This document shows positions 62,416-64,000 of a DNA stretch of 64,000 nt, piece by piece (the first letter of the stretch is position 1; every line of letters starts with the position of its first letter). A program made the position numbers and the translations under genes. Origin of the DNA: Acidimicrobiia bacterium (GTDB lineage: Bacteria; Actinomycetota; Acidimicrobiia; Acidimicrobiales; JBBSGY01); contig JBDIBA010000001.1 in the NCBI GenBank assembly GCA_039812705.1, positions 23,814 through 87,813 on the forward strand. The letters are read 5' to 3'. The notes beneath the pieces were generated by a model. It worked only from the letters and a program-made list of their open reading frames with translations, did not search any database and was not told the DNA's origin.

Positions 62416-62567
62416 GTCGGAAATCTAGAAACGTGCGAGTCTCTCCAACAAATCTGGCCATGTCCTGCGGATCTAGAGGTTTGTGCTATTTCGCGTCGGT
62501 GTTCGCTGAGCGCGGCTTGGTGCGGCGCGTACGGTTGTGGCTTGGGTAACCTCTTTCGATTACTGAC

Positions 62568-63755
62568 ATGAGCGACACCTCCTTACCCAGCGCAACCGAA
62601 GAGTTGTGGCGTTACAGCCGGATTGCAGACTTTCCGCTTGATCGGTTCTCGGCTGCCAAGCCAAGTGAGCCCGTGCGACTTCCCGCTAGGGCCGTCGCGC
62701 TCCTCGAGGCCCTCGGCGTTGACGAGGCAAGCGCCCTGGTTTGTGTTGACGGGTTTGTTCAGAGCTCGCCTTCGATCAAAGGCCTCACCATTGAGGTCCA
62801 GCGTCAGGCGCCCGCAGCGCTCTGCGAGAACGCGTCGCCATTCTGCAAGTTGTTCGCTGACTCCATCAGCGACGCGATTGAGGTCGTGATTGGCGAGAAC
62901 GCCACCCACATTGAGCAGTTGGTCGTTCTTCATGTTGCTTCGCAGGCGTCGACAGTTTCATTTCCTTCCGTGAAACTGCGCGTTGGTGCCAACGCAAGCG
63001 TCAAAGTTGTCGAGGTTGTTGTTTCCGACGTTGGTGACCTGACCGTTGTTCCGCAAACAAGTGTTGAACTTGGTGCGGGTGCAAACGTCAGATACGTAAA
63101 TCTGCAGTTGTTGGACGAGACGGCTTGGCAGTTTGGATTCCAGACGTCAATTGTTGGACAAGATGCAGTGCTTGACTCAACGAGTGTTGCGTTGGGCGGC
63201 TACTACGCGCGCGTCGAAACCGAAAGCCACCTTGGAGGCAAGGGCGGCGAGGCTCGTTTGAATGCCTTGTACTTTGGCACCGGCGACCAGATGCATGATT
63301 TTCGGACCCTGCAGGCTCACGACGCGCCAAAGACAACAAGTGACTTGTTGTTCAAGGGCGCCGTTGCAAACACCGCGCGGTCGGTTTACAGCGGCCTTAT
63401 TCGTGTAACGAAAGGCGCAGCGGGCACGCGCGCGTTTCAGACGAATCGCAATCTGGTGTTGAGCGATGGCGCCCACGCAGACTCCGTTCCAAACCTGGAA
63501 ATCGACGAACAAGACGTTGCTTGCAGTCACGCATCGGCTGTTGGTCCGGTTGATTCGGAGCAGTTGTTTTACCTTGAAAGCCGCGGAGTTCCGACAGGTG
63601 TTGCGCGGCGTCTTGTTGTGCTTGGCTTTCTGGGAGAACTGGTGGACAGGACCGGCGTGGCCGGCCTCAATGTCTTCATTGATGGGCTTCTTGGTGAGAA
63701 GTTGGAACGAGCGGGTATCGAATTGATCAACTTTGAGAATGGCGTTCAGCAATGA
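62568..63755 (+). CDS. sufD: Fe-S cluster assembly protein SufD
   Basis: The C-terminal beta-helix region carries FQTNRNLVLSDGAHADSVPNLEIDEQDVACSHASAVGPVDSEQLFYLESRGV, which is typical of SufD. Confidence 0.9.
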   Translation: MSDTSLPSATEELWRYSRIADFPLDRFSAAKPSEPVRLPARAVALLEALGVDEASALVCVDGFVQSSPSIKGLTIEVQRQAPAALCENASPFCKLFADSISDAIEVVIGENATHIEQLVVLHVASQASTVSFPSVKLRVGANASVKVVEVVVSDVGDLTVVPQTSVELGAGANVRYVNLQLLDETAWQFGFQTSIVGQDAVLDSTSVALGGYYARVETESHLGGKGGEARLNALYFGTGDQMHDFRTLQAHDAPKTTSDLLFKGAVANTARSVYSGLIRVTKGAAGTRAFQTNRNLVLSDGAHADSVPNLEIDEQDVACSHASAVGPVDSEQLFYLESRGVPTGVARRLVVLGFLGELVDRTGVAGLNVFIDGLLGEKLERAGIELINFENGVQQ

Positions 63756-64000
63756 GCAGCGTTGTGCTTTGCAAGGTGGCAGACCTTGAAATCGGGTCGG
63801 CAAAGAGGTTTGAGGTTGAAGGTCATCGCATTGCCTTGGTTCGCATCGAAGACGACTTCTATGCAGTTGGCGATCGGTGCAGTCACGCAGATGTTTCGTT
63901 GGCGCAGGGTGATGTGTTCGAGCGCGAATGTGAGATTGAATGCTGGAAGCACGGCTCGACGTTTTCGCTAAAGACCGGCGAGCCTCAGTGCTTGCCGGCG
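63752..64000 (+). CDS. Rieske [2Fe-2S] ferredoxin-type protein of the suf operon (partial; runs off the window end)
   Basis: I translated it by hand from ATG 63752, which overlaps the sufD stop (ATGA): MSSVVLCKVADLEIGSAKRFEVEGHRIALVRIEDDFYAVGDRCSHADVSLAQGDVFERECEIECWKHGSTFSLKTGEPQCLPA. It contains the Rieske motifs CSH and CWKH. It is not in the ORF track because no stop falls within the window. Confidence 0.8.
   Translation, partial: MSSVVLCKVADLEIGSAKRFEVEGHRIALVRIEDDFYAVGDRCSHADVSLAQGDVFERECEIECWKHGSTFSLKTGEPQCLPA

Noticed and set aside
63762-63971. 69-aa track ORF after sufD
   Set aside because: It is in the wrong frame. The frame starting at ATG 63752 encodes a clear Rieske protein (CSH...CWKH) that runs off the window end.

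Overview
This is a chromosomal segment of a moderately high-GC actinobacterium. The gene order matches the conserved Actinomycetia or mycobacteria-like backbone: ferric-reductase/FMN-bind/ApbE, galU, moaC, pepN, PfkB kinase, ychF, rsmI, tatD, rpf, rsmA(ksgA), ispE, bS22, tRNA-Gln, glmU, prs, NlpC/P60, ctc, pth, mfd, mazG, eno, ftsB, DUF501, ppx, then tRNA-Leu, a BldC-like HTH, fumC, ptrB, and sufB/sufD/Rieske. Most of the window is ordinary housekeeping. The main non-backbone content is an ~11 kb co-directional, translationally coupled operon at 32.0-42.8 kb, immediately after ppx. It encodes a ParA/MinD ATPase with a long disordered N-terminus, a two-TM pilin-like protein, a bitopic VirB8-like candidate, and two paralogous polytopic VirB6-like membrane proteins. 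It also encodes a VirB3-like plus VirB4-N-like protein, a separate VirB4-type P-loop ATPase, and a VirD4/TraG-type coupling protein. I could recognise no relaxase, integrase, replication gene, peptidoglycan hydrolase or att repeat near it, so this type IV secretion-like apparatus is my best candidate for an uncharacterised system. Secondary observations are:
- a 278-nt structured intergenic region with a tRNA-like T-arm/GCCA end and a 14-bp perfect-stem hairpin (27.66-27.94 kb);
- a GlmU that lacks the C-terminal acetyltransferase catalytic part;
- an orphan 283-aa ORF between tRNA-Gln and glmU;
- an unlisted 33-aa bS22 gene;
- a suf operon interrupted between sufB and sufD;
- a perfect 14-bp inverted repeat enclosing both candidate fumC start codons;
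- a tRNA-Leu-adjacent set of orphan genes that includes a hyper-acidic protein.

All calls come from reading the translated ORFs and sequence motifs by eye. No database search was run, and start codons are often uncertain.
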